Virus record (IMG/VR): IMGVR_UViG_3300042549_009011
Location: 64,001 to 128,000 of that record
DNA from: a virus
DNA length: 64,000 nucleotides
Direction: 5' to 3' (one strand)
A program made the position numbers and the translations under genes. Positions 9,682 to 19,480 of the stretch are shown piece after piece; the first letter of the stretch is position 1; the number at the start of each line of letters is the position of its first letter. The notes under the pieces were generated by a model that was not told the DNA's origin, made no database searches, and was given only the letters and a program-made list of their open reading frames with translations.

Positions 9682-10475
9682 TGAAACCTTTATTAATTTT
9701 ATCCTGCTCTGTTACAAAGAGTCATTTTAAAGAATTTTTATTACTTAGATATTCTGCCGAATTATTCCATGATTGTCAGTGGTATTTATCTTGCGATGAA
9801 TATTGTTATGATATTCTATCAAAAGATTTTGACTGTCATTGTGAAAATACAGAGATGCAAAATGGTAAAGTATTTGGTAATGAAGAAGAAATTTCTAACT
9901 TCTATAAAGTAATCGACGGCAAATTTGCCGCAGCTAAAAGAGCGATTGCTGATCATGGTCGAGTTTTAATGGTAGACTCAGATATAATTTTCTGTGGAGA
10001 ATTTGATGGAATATCACCAGATGTAGATGCAGCAATTTGTCCTCACTATCAATGGAATCCAGAAATGGATAAAGCTTGGGGCATATATAATGTTGGGTTT
10101 GTATATGTTAAAAATATTGCTTTCTTAAATGTTTGGAAACAAGAAACTAAAAGTGGTAGACATGAATTCGAACAAGTCCCTATGGAAGTAGTGGTTCACA
10201 ATACAGATTTTAGATGTCAGACTTTACCCATTAATCACAATATGGGTTGGTGGAGATTTAATAGCGATATTAAAAAACACAGGATTAATTCATTCAGTGT
10301 ATTTGGAGACAATATACTTTTCGATGGACATTTTGTTTCATCTTTCCATTTTCACTCTTTTGTTGAATGTGGGCATAGTAAACCATTGAAGAGTTTTCTT
10401 TTTGGATTCCTTTTGCCACAAACAGAATCTGGTAAAAAAATCATAGAAAAATACGAAGAACTAAAATCATGGTAG
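9681..10475 (+). CDS. GT-A fold glycosyltransferase (GT8/nucleotide-diphospho-sugar transferase-like)
   Basis: MVDSDI DxD motif, YNVGFV, EQ and FHFH motifs. Confidence 0.7.
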   Translation: MKPLLILSCSVTKSHFKEFLLLRYSAELFHDCQWYLSCDEYCYDILSKDFDCHCENTEMQNGKVFGNEEEISNFYKVIDGKFAAAKRAIADHGRVLMVDSDIIFCGEFDGISPDVDAAICPHYQWNPEMDKAWGIYNVGFVYVKNIAFLNVWKQETKSGRHEFEQVPMEVVVHNTDFRCQTLPINHNMGWWRFNSDIKKHRINSFSVFGDNILFDGHFVSSFHFHSFVECGHSKPLKSFLFGFLLPQTESGKKIIEKYEELKSW

Positions 10476-11077
10476 GAGCATTAGCACACATTTACGATAA
10501 ATCCAAACCAAAATGCAATGGCATCATTCATGTCGGTGGTCATTTCGGTCAAGAGATTCCTTTTTACTTAGATAAGATAACAAAAAATATTATAGTGTAT
10601 GAACCTCTACAAGCAAACTTTAAACAATTATTTGACAAGTTTGGCTATGTAGTTGATTGTCGCAAAAAGGCAGTTGGAAATTATAAAGGTAAAGTTAAAC
10701 TTCATGTTGAAACGGCTAATGCTGGTCAGTCTTCTTCGGTTCTTAAACCAAAAGAACATTTATCACAATATCCTACTATTACCTTCGACTCTGAAGAAGA
10801 GTGTGATATCGTCAAATTAGATGAAGATATCAACGGAGTCTTTGATACATTAGTTGTTGATGTTCAGGGTTATGAATTAGAAGTATTCAAAGGAGCGGCG
10901 AATCTTTTAAGAAAAGATATAAAATATGTTATCTGCGAAGTTAATTGCGTTGAAATGTATGAAGGCTGTGCTAAAGTAGAGGATTTAGATAAATTCTTTG
11001 AAGACTTTAACTTTAAAAGAATCATCACTTCTTGGGAAGGAGAAAATTGGGGAAACGCTTTGTATGCAAGATTTTGA
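10469..11077 (+). CDS. FkbM-family SAM methyltransferase
   Basis: HVGGHFGQE, YEP, VDVQGYELEVFKGA. Confidence 0.9.
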   Translation: MVGALAHIYDKSKPKCNGIIHVGGHFGQEIPFYLDKITKNIIVYEPLQANFKQLFDKFGYVVDCRKKAVGNYKGKVKLHVETANAGQSSSVLKPKEHLSQYPTITFDSEEECDIVKLDEDINGVFDTLVVDVQGYELEVFKGAANLLRKDIKYVICEVNCVEMYEGCAKVEDLDKFFEDFNFKRIITSWEGENWGNALYARF

Positions 11078-11921
11078 CGAATATCAAATTCATTTGTTTA
11101 AAAAGTTTGAGCGTTTCAGAAAACCTTATTCTGGAGTTGCGTATCCACCATACCACAAAGGTATGTATTTAGAAGAATATTTCTTTAAGCAATTTTTATT
11201 GAATGGCAAAAGAACTAAACAATATTTAATACCAGTTTTTTGGACAAATTGTTACTTATCGGGAACAACAGAAGGATTACAACAGCTTTTAGATAGTCTT
11301 GATCCCGAACAGGAATATTTTTGTGTTAGCCAACACGATGATGCCATCATTGAAAATCTTCCTCCAAAAACAACTCATTTTAATGCTGGAGGCAATAAAT
11401 CTGGAATTCCAATACCATTAGTTTGTTCGCCAATTAATTATCCTAAAACAGACAAAAAAATATTTTGTTCATTCGTTGGATCTATAACTCATCCGATAAG
11501 AGTCAAAATGAACGATAAACTTCTTAACAAAAAGGGATTTGAAATTTTTAGTAAAAGCTGGACTCCAGAAGTAGATAGTTTTGAAAAAGATTTTTTCTTA
11601 AAGAAAACATCAGAAAGTCTTTTTTCTCTCTGTCCAAGAGGTTATGGGGCTTCTTCATTTCGTTTTTACGAAGCACTACAATTAGGTGCTGTTCCAGTAT
11701 TTATTTACGATAAGCCTTGGTTTCCATATGAAGACATGATTGATTGGGATTCTTTTTCTGTGAGAATTCATGAAAAAGATATAGATAAAATCCAAGAAAT
11801 TCTAATTGAATTTGCACCATTAGCTTTTAAAATGAATGAGAAAGGCAAGGAAATATATCAAAAATACTTTTCTTTAAACTCATTACCAAAACAAATTTAT
11901 AGAATTTTAAATGCACAATAA
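11064..11921 (+). CDS. Exostosin-family (GT47-like) glycosyltransferase
   Basis: SLFSLCPRGYGASSFRFYEALQLGAVPV; ATG at 11064 preferred. Confidence 0.88.
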   Translation: MQDFDEYQIHLFKKFERFRKPYSGVAYPPYHKGMYLEEYFFKQFLLNGKRTKQYLIPVFWTNCYLSGTTEGLQQLLDSLDPEQEYFCVSQHDDAIIENLPPKTTHFNAGGNKSGIPIPLVCSPINYPKTDKKIFCSFVGSITHPIRVKMNDKLLNKKGFEIFSKSWTPEVDSFEKDFFLKKTSESLFSLCPRGYGASSFRFYEALQLGAVPVFIYDKPWFPYEDMIDWDSFSVRIHEKDIDKIQEILIEFAPLAFKMNEKGKEIYQKYFSLNSLPKQIYRILNAQ

Positions 11922-12711
11922 TGTAAAAAATTTATTACTAGGAGATAGTCCTTGCTCTATAGGTAAAATTGGTGTTATAGAATTAATGCATTTTTATGAT
12001 GGTTATTATAATAATGAATTAATTTTAAGAGGAGAGACATTAGCCGTAAATGCAGGTATAAATATTAATTCTTTAGAAGAATATAATAGTTGGATAAAAG
12101 ATTTTGGAGATAGCATAAAAAATCTTGATTGTATATTATCATGGCAAAACAATGATAGTGAAAAACAAATTGTCAAAGAACTTTTTAAAGGAGAATTTAT
12201 CTCTGAAGATTTTCGAGATTTAGAACCATTTTCTCATGGCAAAGATGGTTGGCATTATCATCTTAAAGATAAAAAAGTTTTAGTTATATCTTCATTAAAA
12301 AATTCTATAGAAAAACAAATTCCAAATTTTGGGAAAATATGGGAAGGGGCAGAATTGGGTTCTTGTGAAGTTATCGAATCAAGAAACCCATATCAAATTA
12401 CAGGAGAAGATCCCTTCTTCTATAAAGATGAAATATGGAGAATAGCATCGCTAATTAGCAAAAAGAATTTCGATATTTGTATTATAGGTGCAGGAGGTTA
12501 TTCTTTGCCTCTATGTAATTTTGTCAAAAGTATTGGTAAAAAAGCGATTCATCTTGGCGGCGCTACACAAGTTTTATTTGGAATAAGAGGCAGTAGATTT
12601 GATAGAAACTTTAAATATGAAAATTGGTATGGTGGAGAAAACTTTATATATCCAGTTTCAAAAGATATTCCTAAAAAACATTACATGGTTGAAAATTCTT
12701 GTTATTGGTAA
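11911..12711 (+). CDS. GT-D fold-like glycan-related protein
   Basis: DICIIGAGGYSLPL...AIHLGG motif; cluster context. Confidence 0.55.
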   Translation: MHNNVKNLLLGDSPCSIGKIGVIELMHFYDGYYNNELILRGETLAVNAGININSLEEYNSWIKDFGDSIKNLDCILSWQNNDSEKQIVKELFKGEFISEDFRDLEPFSHGKDGWHYHLKDKKVLVISSLKNSIEKQIPNFGKIWEGAELGSCEVIESRNPYQITGEDPFFYKDEIWRIASLISKKNFDICIIGAGGYSLPLCNFVKSIGKKAIHLGGATQVLFGIRGSRFDRNFKYENWYGGENFIYPVSKDIPKKHYMVENSCYW

Positions 12712-13455
12712 ATGAATAAATATTTATTAGTTATAGCTCGTTATCAAGACGAAAGACAAGAAATTTTTGAGAAATTTATTTCTCCAAAAAATAAAGACTA
12801 TTGTTTTAGACATGGAATAGAATATTTGCTTGTAGATAATTCTGTAGATCTTCCATTGGTTAGAGATAATCCAACTTGGTGGAAATTTACTCTTTTACAA
12901 AAAGCTATAGAAAGTGGCAATATAAAAGAAGGAGACATGTTTGTTCATTTTGATGCAGATATGGTTATATGTAAACCAGAGCATGAATATACAACTTCAA
13001 AAAGTTTTTCTTATGCAATTGATAATGGAAACACTCATTGCATGGGCAATTATTGCATGCGTATTAATCAATGGACATATGATCTTGTAAATAAAATTCT
13101 AGATGAGGATTTTTATCAAGAAAATAAACATAAGAAACATTGGCAAGAATTTAGAGAACAAGCAGCTTGGTATTCATTATGCGGAATAAAAAGCCATAGC
13201 TGGGAATCTTTTTTTGATTTACCTTATTATGGATTTCGTTCTGAAAAATCAACAACATGCGCTTATGATTATAAAGATTTATTAGAAAACGTGGAAGTAA
13301 AAACTCCAGAATGGAACACAACACTTTTATCAGAAGAATGTGACAACCCAATATCACAAATGCTAGAACAATATAATATTAACAAAACGTCGGCAAAAGA
13401 AACTATTATCCGACACTTTGCTGGTGGTCAACCTTGGAGAAAGGAATATTTTTAA
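12712..13455 (+). CDS. GT34/galactosyltransferase-like glycosyltransferase
   Basis: YC..HG..Y, WWK, FDAD, EQAA and IRHFAG motifs. Confidence 0.75.
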   Translation: MNKYLLVIARYQDERQEIFEKFISPKNKDYCFRHGIEYLLVDNSVDLPLVRDNPTWWKFTLLQKAIESGNIKEGDMFVHFDADMVICKPEHEYTTSKSFSYAIDNGNTHCMGNYCMRINQWTYDLVNKILDEDFYQENKHKKHWQEFREQAAWYSLCGIKSHSWESFFDLPYYGFRSEKSTTCAYDYKDLLENVEVKTPEWNTTLLSEECDNPISQMLEQYNINKTSAKETIIRHFAGGQPWRKEYF

Positions 13456-14207
13456 TGAGCAAATTAGCATTTATGATAACTTGTTTTGATGAAGTGAATG
13501 CAATTGATGTTGCTCTTACTTCTCTTAGGCATTTCTATCCAGAAGAAAAAGTTATTATTTTTTGTGAAGGTAATCAGGAAGACTTTTTGTATCTTAAAGA
13601 AAAATATAATACTAAAGTTTTTCAAGGATTAGATACACAAAGCCCTTTATTAAAACTTGATGAAAAAAATTACAAAGAAGAAGATTATGCAAAAGTGGAA
13701 AAAGCAATGCATGTTTTGTTGGACAGAATTTCTTTTACAGCAGAACAATCTAATTCAGAATATATATTGCTTCATTGTCCAGATACTCTTATTCGTGGCA
13801 ATATAGAAATACCAGAAGACTCTGGACTTTTAGGATCTTGTGTCAATAGATACTTTATACAAAGTATAAACAAAGTTTTACTTGAAAACGGAGGTATTGA
13901 AGTTTTTTACTTTGGTGCAGTTCCAGCAATTTTCAGTGTTAAAGATTTCAAAAAAGCAAAAGAGATTCTTTTAAATAATGTTGATCTAATAAGAAAGCTT
14001 GCCGAAGCATCTTGCTATTCTTTTTCTCATGATATTTTTATGTCAATACTTTTTTCCTTAATAGGTAAAAGAGAAGAATTTAATCCACAAATTATAGAGT
14101 GTGGCAGGAATACAAATTGGATAGAATCTGGCTGTCCAATTATCCATCAGTTTAGAACATTTTATCCAAAAAGAACAACAAAATATAAATCTCAAGAAAA
14201 TGATTAA
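13455..14207 (+). CDS. GT-A fold glycosyltransferase-like protein
   Basis: N-terminal GT2-like pattern, CPDTLIRG, IIHQ; ATG at 13455 overlaps upstream stop. Confidence 0.55.
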   Translation: MSKLAFMITCFDEVNAIDVALTSLRHFYPEEKVIIFCEGNQEDFLYLKEKYNTKVFQGLDTQSPLLKLDEKNYKEEDYAKVEKAMHVLLDRISFTAEQSNSEYILLHCPDTLIRGNIEIPEDSGLLGSCVNRYFIQSINKVLLENGGIEVFYFGAVPAIFSVKDFKKAKEILLNNVDLIRKLAEASCYSFSHDIFMSILFSLIGKREEFNPQIIECGRNTNWIESGCPIIHQFRTFYPKRTTKYKSQEND

Positions 14208-14787
14208 AGAAATTTTAAAAACAGCAATCGAAGGAACTAATGATTCCGACCGTCATTTAATGACAATTTTTTCCATAGCTTTAGCTACAGAAGGTAAGAC
14301 TTATATTGAACTCGGAGTAAGAGGAGGAACAACAACTATTCCAATTCTTGAAGCAGCTAAAATTAACGAAGGAACTCTGTATTCTGTCGATATAGATAAA
14401 TCTCCAGAAATTTCTTCAGATAATTGGATTTTCTCACAACGTGATGCAATTAAGTTTTTGCAAGATTGGGAGTTCTCTCAAATGCCAGCACCAGATTTTG
14501 TTTATATTGACGACTGGCATAGCTACGATCATGTTAAAAAAGAATTAGAGATTCTTGATAGAATAGTAACTCCTAACACTGTGATTCTTTTGCATGATTT
14601 AATGTATGGTAATACAGCACCATATTATCATTCTGACATAACACTCAAAGATGGGCAATGGGCTAATGGAGGACCCTATAGGGCTGTAGCAGAGCTTAAT
14701 CCTCAATTCTGGGAGTTCGCAACATTACCTTGGAGTCATGGGCTTACTATCCTAAGAAAAAAATATTCAAATAGAAAAACAGATTGA
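14200..14787 (+). CDS. Class I SAM-dependent methyltransferase (Methyltransf_24-like)
   Basis: IELGVRGGTT, SVDI, YIDDWHSY, LLHD. Confidence 0.88.
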   Translation: MIKEILKTAIEGTNDSDRHLMTIFSIALATEGKTYIELGVRGGTTTIPILEAAKINEGTLYSVDIDKSPEISSDNWIFSQRDAIKFLQDWEFSQMPAPDFVYIDDWHSYDHVKKELEILDRIVTPNTVILLHDLMYGNTAPYYHSDITLKDGQWANGGPYRAVAELNPQFWEFATLPWSHGLTILRKKYSNRKTD

Positions 14788-15611
14788 AGATTCTTGTTTT
14801 AGGTAGCGAAGGTCAAATTGGAAATCCAGTATGCGAATACTTGGAGAGAATGGGCTGTAAAGTGATTAGGTATGACATTAAAAGATCAAGTGCCGAAGAT
14901 TTAAGAGTTTACGATACTGCACTTCAAAATGAGTTATTTAAAAAGTGCGATTTTGTTTATTACTTCGCATCTGATGTTGGTGGAGCGAAATACCTAGAAA
15001 GCAATCAAGATTCTTTTGGATTCATAGAAGATAATATATTGATAATGCATAATACATTTCGTCTTCTAAAAAAATACAAGAAACCATTTATTTTCACCTC
15101 TTCACAAATGGCAGATCAATTTCATTCTACTTATGGAAATTTAAAATTAATTGGTGAAAAATTGACAAACTCATTAGGAGGAATATGCGTTCGTCTTTGG
15201 AATGTCTATGGCAAAGAAGAAGCTGGAGAAAAAAGTCATGTTATAACTGATTTTATTCATCAAGCACAAACACTTAATAAAATTACTTGCAGAACAGATG
15301 GAGAAGAAGAAAGACAATTTCTTCATGTAGATGATTTGTGTGAAGCATTATTTTATCTTACCGAAAATTACGAAAACATAAATAAATCAGAGCGTATTGA
15401 TATATCAAATTTTGAATGGACTAAAATCAAAGATCTTGCAAATATCTGTGCTGAATTATTTAATTGTGAAGTAGAGCTATCTGAAAGAAAAGACGAAACT
15501 CAAAGAAATTATAAAAATGACCCAAAGAAAAAAATACTTGAGTTTTGGCAACCAAAAATCAGTTTAAAGACAGGTGTAAAACAAATAGCAGAAAAATCTC
15601 ATGCAAAATAA
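14784..15611 (+). CDS. NAD-dependent sugar epimerase/dehydratase (extended SDR)
   Basis: GSEGQIG, YGNLK (YxxxK), RLWNVYG, RQFLHVDD. Confidence 0.92.
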   Translation: MKILVLGSEGQIGNPVCEYLERMGCKVIRYDIKRSSAEDLRVYDTALQNELFKKCDFVYYFASDVGGAKYLESNQDSFGFIEDNILIMHNTFRLLKKYKKPFIFTSSQMADQFHSTYGNLKLIGEKLTNSLGGICVRLWNVYGKEEAGEKSHVITDFIHQAQTLNKITCRTDGEEERQFLHVDDLCEALFYLTENYENINKSERIDISNFEWTKIKDLANICAELFNCEVELSERKDETQRNYKNDPKKKILEFWQPKISLKTGVKQIAEKSHAK

Positions 15612-16191
15612 AAAAATATATATTGAAGCTGGTGCAAACAATGGTATAGAACAATCTCGTTCTCTTTTCTTAGCAAAAGACCCTGATTATTTTGGTATTT
15701 TAATAGAACCTGATTTTGGAGCATTTTCCGAATGTCAAAAAAGTAGAGGGAGTAACGCAATTGTTATAAACTGTGCTTTAGTTAACAAAGAATATACAGG
15801 CGAAACTATTAAAATGTTTAAGCATAATTCAAGTCTAATGAATTCTTGTTTGAATCATAAATTAGAAAAGAACAGATATTCATCAGAGATAGAGTGTCAA
15901 GCAAGAACTCTGCAATCTATTTTAGATGAGTATAACATTAAAAAAGTAGATTATTTATTTTTAGACGTAGAAGGATTTGAACATCAAGTTTTAAATGGCA
16001 TAGATTTTTCAAAAACCGAATTTGATCATATAGAAGTAGAATCTCATTTCCCTTTCTTGCAAGTTTCCCCAGAACAAGACCAACAAAAATTTGTTGACTT
16101 CTTTGAGCCGAATGGTTATGTTTTGGTAGATTTAATAAAACAAGATGGATTGCCTAAGCTTATTTTCAAACCATCTAAACAAAATACTTGA
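15601..16191 (+). CDS. FkbM-family SAM methyltransferase
   Basis: IEAGANNG, LIEP, LDVEGFEHQVLNG. Confidence 0.88.
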   Translation: MQNKKIYIEAGANNGIEQSRSLFLAKDPDYFGILIEPDFGAFSECQKSRGSNAIVINCALVNKEYTGETIKMFKHNSSLMNSCLNHKLEKNRYSSEIECQARTLQSILDEYNIKKVDYLFLDVEGFEHQVLNGIDFSKTEFDHIEVESHFPFLQVSPEQDQQKFVDFFEPNGYVLVDLIKQDGLPKLIFKPSKQNT

Positions 16192-16243
16192 GTTTTTCTT
16201 TTTTAATATTAATATAAAAAAGCAATTCTTAAACTTTTAAAAA

Positions 16244-17302
16244 ATGTCGAAAACAGCAATTATTACAGGTGCAAATGGGATGGACGCAAAAACTCTCACT
16301 CATTTTTTGCTCGCCAAAGATTACAAAGTAATTTTAACACACAGAAGAAATACTTTTTTTGATGAAACTTCTTTTGCTAAAATTTTTGAAGAAGATTTAA
16401 AACAAAATCCAAAAGCACAATTATTTTTTGAGGTTTGTGATATTTCGTGTCACGCAAGCGTAAGAGGTTGCATTCTTTCAAGTCTTGAAAAACACGGAGA
16501 GATTAATGAAATTTATTTGCTTGCTGCCAATTCTCATGTTGGCGAGTCTTTTCAAAACAAAGAATCTTCTATTATCACAAACGGACAAAGCGTTTATTAT
16601 TTCTTAGAGACTTTGAAAAACCTTTCCCCAAAAACAAGAACTTACTTTGCTGCTACAAGTGAGCTTGTGGGCGGCATAGATAATGGTAGGTTCGATGAAA
16701 CATGCCTTTGGAATCCACGCTCTCCTTATGCCATTGGTAAAGAATTGGGAGCTAGATGGGTAAACTTTTATAGAGACTCTTTAGACTCAAATATGTTTTC
16801 TTGTTTCGGTGTATTGTTCAACCATTCAAATACTTATAGAACAAAAGACTTTGCCATTAGAAAAATAACAAATACTGCTGCTAAAATTGCGGCAGGAAAA
16901 GAAAAAACTTTATCTCTTGGGCATTTAGATTGGGCTAGAGACGAACATTGGTCTGATTTTGGCTGTGAGGCTATGTGGAAAATGCTTCAACTTGAAACTC
17001 CAGATAATTTTGTCGTAGGAAACGGCGAATGTTTTTGGGGAGAGGAATTTGTTGAGAGCGCATTTTCCTATTTTAATTTAGACTGGAAAAAACATTTAGT
17101 TTTTGACGAATCTTTAAAAAGACCCAATGAAGTTGTCAGACTAATCTCAGATCCATCTAAGGCAGAAGAAAAACTTGGATGGAAGAAAAATAGAATTTCT
17201 TTCAAAAAACATATTGAGCTAATGTGTGAATATGACTATAACCTAGAAACTGGGCAAAAAACAATTCGCCCAGATGTTTTTAAAATTTCAGAAAATTCTT
17301 GA
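16244..17302 (+). CDS. gmd: GDP-mannose 4,6-dehydratase
   Basis: AIITGANGMD, LAANSHVGESF, ATSEL, PRSPYAIGK, GVLFNH, RKIT, RPNEV. Confidence 0.9.
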   Translation: MSKTAIITGANGMDAKTLTHFLLAKDYKVILTHRRNTFFDETSFAKIFEEDLKQNPKAQLFFEVCDISCHASVRGCILSSLEKHGEINEIYLLAANSHVGESFQNKESSIITNGQSVYYFLETLKNLSPKTRTYFAATSELVGGIDNGRFDETCLWNPRSPYAIGKELGARWVNFYRDSLDSNMFSCFGVLFNHSNTYRTKDFAIRKITNTAAKIAAGKEKTLSLGHLDWARDEHWSDFGCEAMWKMLQLETPDNFVVGNGECFWGEEFVESAFSYFNLDWKKHLVFDESLKRPNEVVRLISDPSKAEEKLGWKKNRISFKKHIELMCEYDYNLETGQKTIRPDVFKISENS

Positions 17303-17338
17303 CTTTAAGTTCTTGAGGTGTTATACACATGTAGTATA

Positions 17339-17692
17339 ATGCCAGCAAAAATAAAAAAAGCGACTTTCTTTAAAGAGAAAAGAGATTTTATATCGAGAAT
17401 GCTTAATGGATCTAAACCATTAAACTATTCTTTGGATATGGTTGCTGCGAAAAAAGTCTTCGATCAATTCGATAATGATATCGAATTTTTATCCAAGGTA
17501 AAACCACCATTCAAAATGAATGGTAGTATTAAATATTTTATAACCGCTGAAGGCATGAAATATTTAAAAAAGAAATATAAAGAATTTAATTTTAAAGTTC
17601 CAGAACATGAAATTCCACTTGATTTAGGTGAGAAAGCTGGAGAAGATATAGAGGTGAAAAAACAAATAACAATTAGAGATTTTCTATCATGA
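17339..17692 (+). CDS. Hypothetical protein
   Basis: ORF overlapping recA start (ATGA); ATG at 17339 preferred. Confidence 0.6.
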   Translation: MPAKIKKATFFKEKRDFISRMLNGSKPLNYSLDMVAAKKVFDQFDNDIEFLSKVKPPFKMNGSIKYFITAEGMKYLKKKYKEFNFKVPEHEIPLDLGEKAGEDIEVKKQITIRDFLS

Positions 17693-18852
17693 GTGCTAAA
17701 CAAAAAGTAAAACCAACAAATAACGAAGAAGAGGATACAAAGAAAAAATTGGATTCAAAAGCCTTTGCTACCCAATTCCTAAAATCAAATAAAGATTACC
17801 ATTACAACTTAGAGAAGGAAGTGGAAGAATATTTAATTTCAACAGGCTCTTTAATTCTAGACAGTAAAATCGGTGGAGGTCTTGGCTCTGGAGTTCACAG
17901 ATTCGTAGGCGTTACTGAAGGAGGAAAAACAAGTGCATCTCTTGAAGTAATGAAAAATATGATCAACAAATTTAAAGATGCAAAAGGTCTTTACATTAAA
18001 GCAGAAGGTCGTCTTTCTTCGAATGTTCAAGAAAGATCTGGATTAAAATTCATTAAAAATGCAGAAGATTGGGAAGTTGGAACATGTTTAATTCTTGAAT
18101 CAAATGTGTATGATGCTGTATTCGATTTCATTCGCGGAATCCTTAAAAATAATCCAAACAATGAAAAATATTGTATCATCATTGACTCTATGGACGGTCT
18201 TATTTCAAAAGGAGATTTGGACAAAACAACATCCGAAGCTGGTAAGGTTGCCGCAGGTGCGCTCTTAACTTCTGACTTCTTGAAAAGGGTTTCCTTGGGA
18301 ATGAGTAAATTCGGTCACTTGTGCATTATGACAGCACAACAAAGATCAAAAGTTAGTATTGATCCATATGCTAAAAAAGATACGAACAATACTACTGGCT
18401 CAAGTGGTGGCAATGCAGCGATGCATTATCCAGATTGGATTTTTGAATTCCAAAGGGTGTTTAAAGATGATAAAATTATGGATGATCCAAAAGCACCAAT
18501 TAGCCAAGATAATAAACTCTATGGTCATATGGCTAAAGTTTTGATTTGCAAATCAACAAATGAAACAACTGGAGAACTTGTAAAATATCCAATTAAGTAT
18601 GGAAGAAAAGATGGAACTTCTATTTGGGTAGAACGTGAGGTTGTAGATTTATTGCTGATGTGGGGTCTTTTCGAAAAGAAAGGTAGCTGGTTCAATACAG
18701 ATACAGATCTACTAGATCATATAAAAAGTAAAAATCTAGAAATGCCAGAAAAAATTCAAGGTATGAAAAATATTTACGCTCTTCTTGAAGGAGATAAAGA
18801 ACTTTATTTATGCCTTAAAGATTATGTTATTACGAACTTACTATCTGAATGA
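17689..18852 (+). CDS. recA: RecA/UvsX-like recombinase
   Basis: ISTGSLILD..IGGG, Walker A GVTEGGKTS, Walker B IIIDS, SGGNA, KKGSWF. Confidence 0.88.
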   Translation: MSAKQKVKPTNNEEEDTKKKLDSKAFATQFLKSNKDYHYNLEKEVEEYLISTGSLILDSKIGGGLGSGVHRFVGVTEGGKTSASLEVMKNMINKFKDAKGLYIKAEGRLSSNVQERSGLKFIKNAEDWEVGTCLILESNVYDAVFDFIRGILKNNPNNEKYCIIIDSMDGLISKGDLDKTTSEAGKVAAGALLTSDFLKRVSLGMSKFGHLCIMTAQQRSKVSIDPYAKKDTNNTTGSSGGNAAMHYPDWIFEFQRVFKDDKIMDDPKAPISQDNKLYGHMAKVLICKSTNETTGELVKYPIKYGRKDGTSIWVEREVVDLLLMWGLFEKKGSWFNTDTDLLDHIKSKNLEMPEKIQGMKNIYALLEGDKELYLCLKDYVITNLLSE

Positions 18853-19256
18853 TATTTTTCTCCACATCAGGAAAAGCTATAAAATTAAAAAAATCTTTTA
18901 ACTATTTAATTGATTGGGATGGAAAATGCAGAAGCAAATTTCAAGAAAAAGTAAAAGCTATGCTTTACGAACATTGGTTTGCCGATATCGTTTTCGAAGA
19001 ACTTCCAGTTATTGGCACAAGATTAACAATAGATTTTTATAACGCGAATAGAAAAATAGCATTAGAAGTTGATGGCAATCAACATTATAAATTCAATAAA
19101 CATTTTCACGGCAATAATAGATCAAAATTTTTAAGTCAATTACAGCGAGACGAGAAGAAGGAATATTTCTGCGAAATAAACAATATTAGACTTGTAAGAA
19201 TTTTAGAATCTGATACACTCAATGAACAGTTACTGAAAGAACTAGAACTTATCTAA
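18849..19256 (+). CDS. DUF559/Vsr-like PD-(D/E)XK endonuclease
   Basis: IDFY...ALEVDGNQH...RDEKK...IRLVRI. Confidence 0.8.
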   Translation: MIFFSTSGKAIKLKKSFNYLIDWDGKCRSKFQEKVKAMLYEHWFADIVFEELPVIGTRLTIDFYNANRKIALEVDGNQHYKFNKHFHGNNRSKFLSQLQRDEKKEYFCEINNIRLVRILESDTLNEQLLKELELI

Positions 19257-19480
19257 TGAAAGAAGAATCAATCATATCAATACCAAACTCTATTTTATGC
19301 AAACTTTTTGATCATACAGGATCAGAATCTGGCAGCAATAGAGGTTTCTTTTTATTTTACATCAATTCAGATGGTACTCCAGTAGTAACGTCAAAGACGG
19401 AAAATGCATGTGTATCTCTTGCAATTAGAAAAGTTATGGAAATGTTCCTAGAAGAAAGCAATCTATTAGAAAACCAATGA
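19256..19480 (+). CDS. Hypothetical protein
   Basis: Translationally coupled ORF within replication operon. Confidence 0.6.
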   Translation: MKEESIISIPNSILCKLFDHTGSESGSNRGFFLFYINSDGTPVVTSKTENACVSLAIRKVMEMFLEESNLLENQ

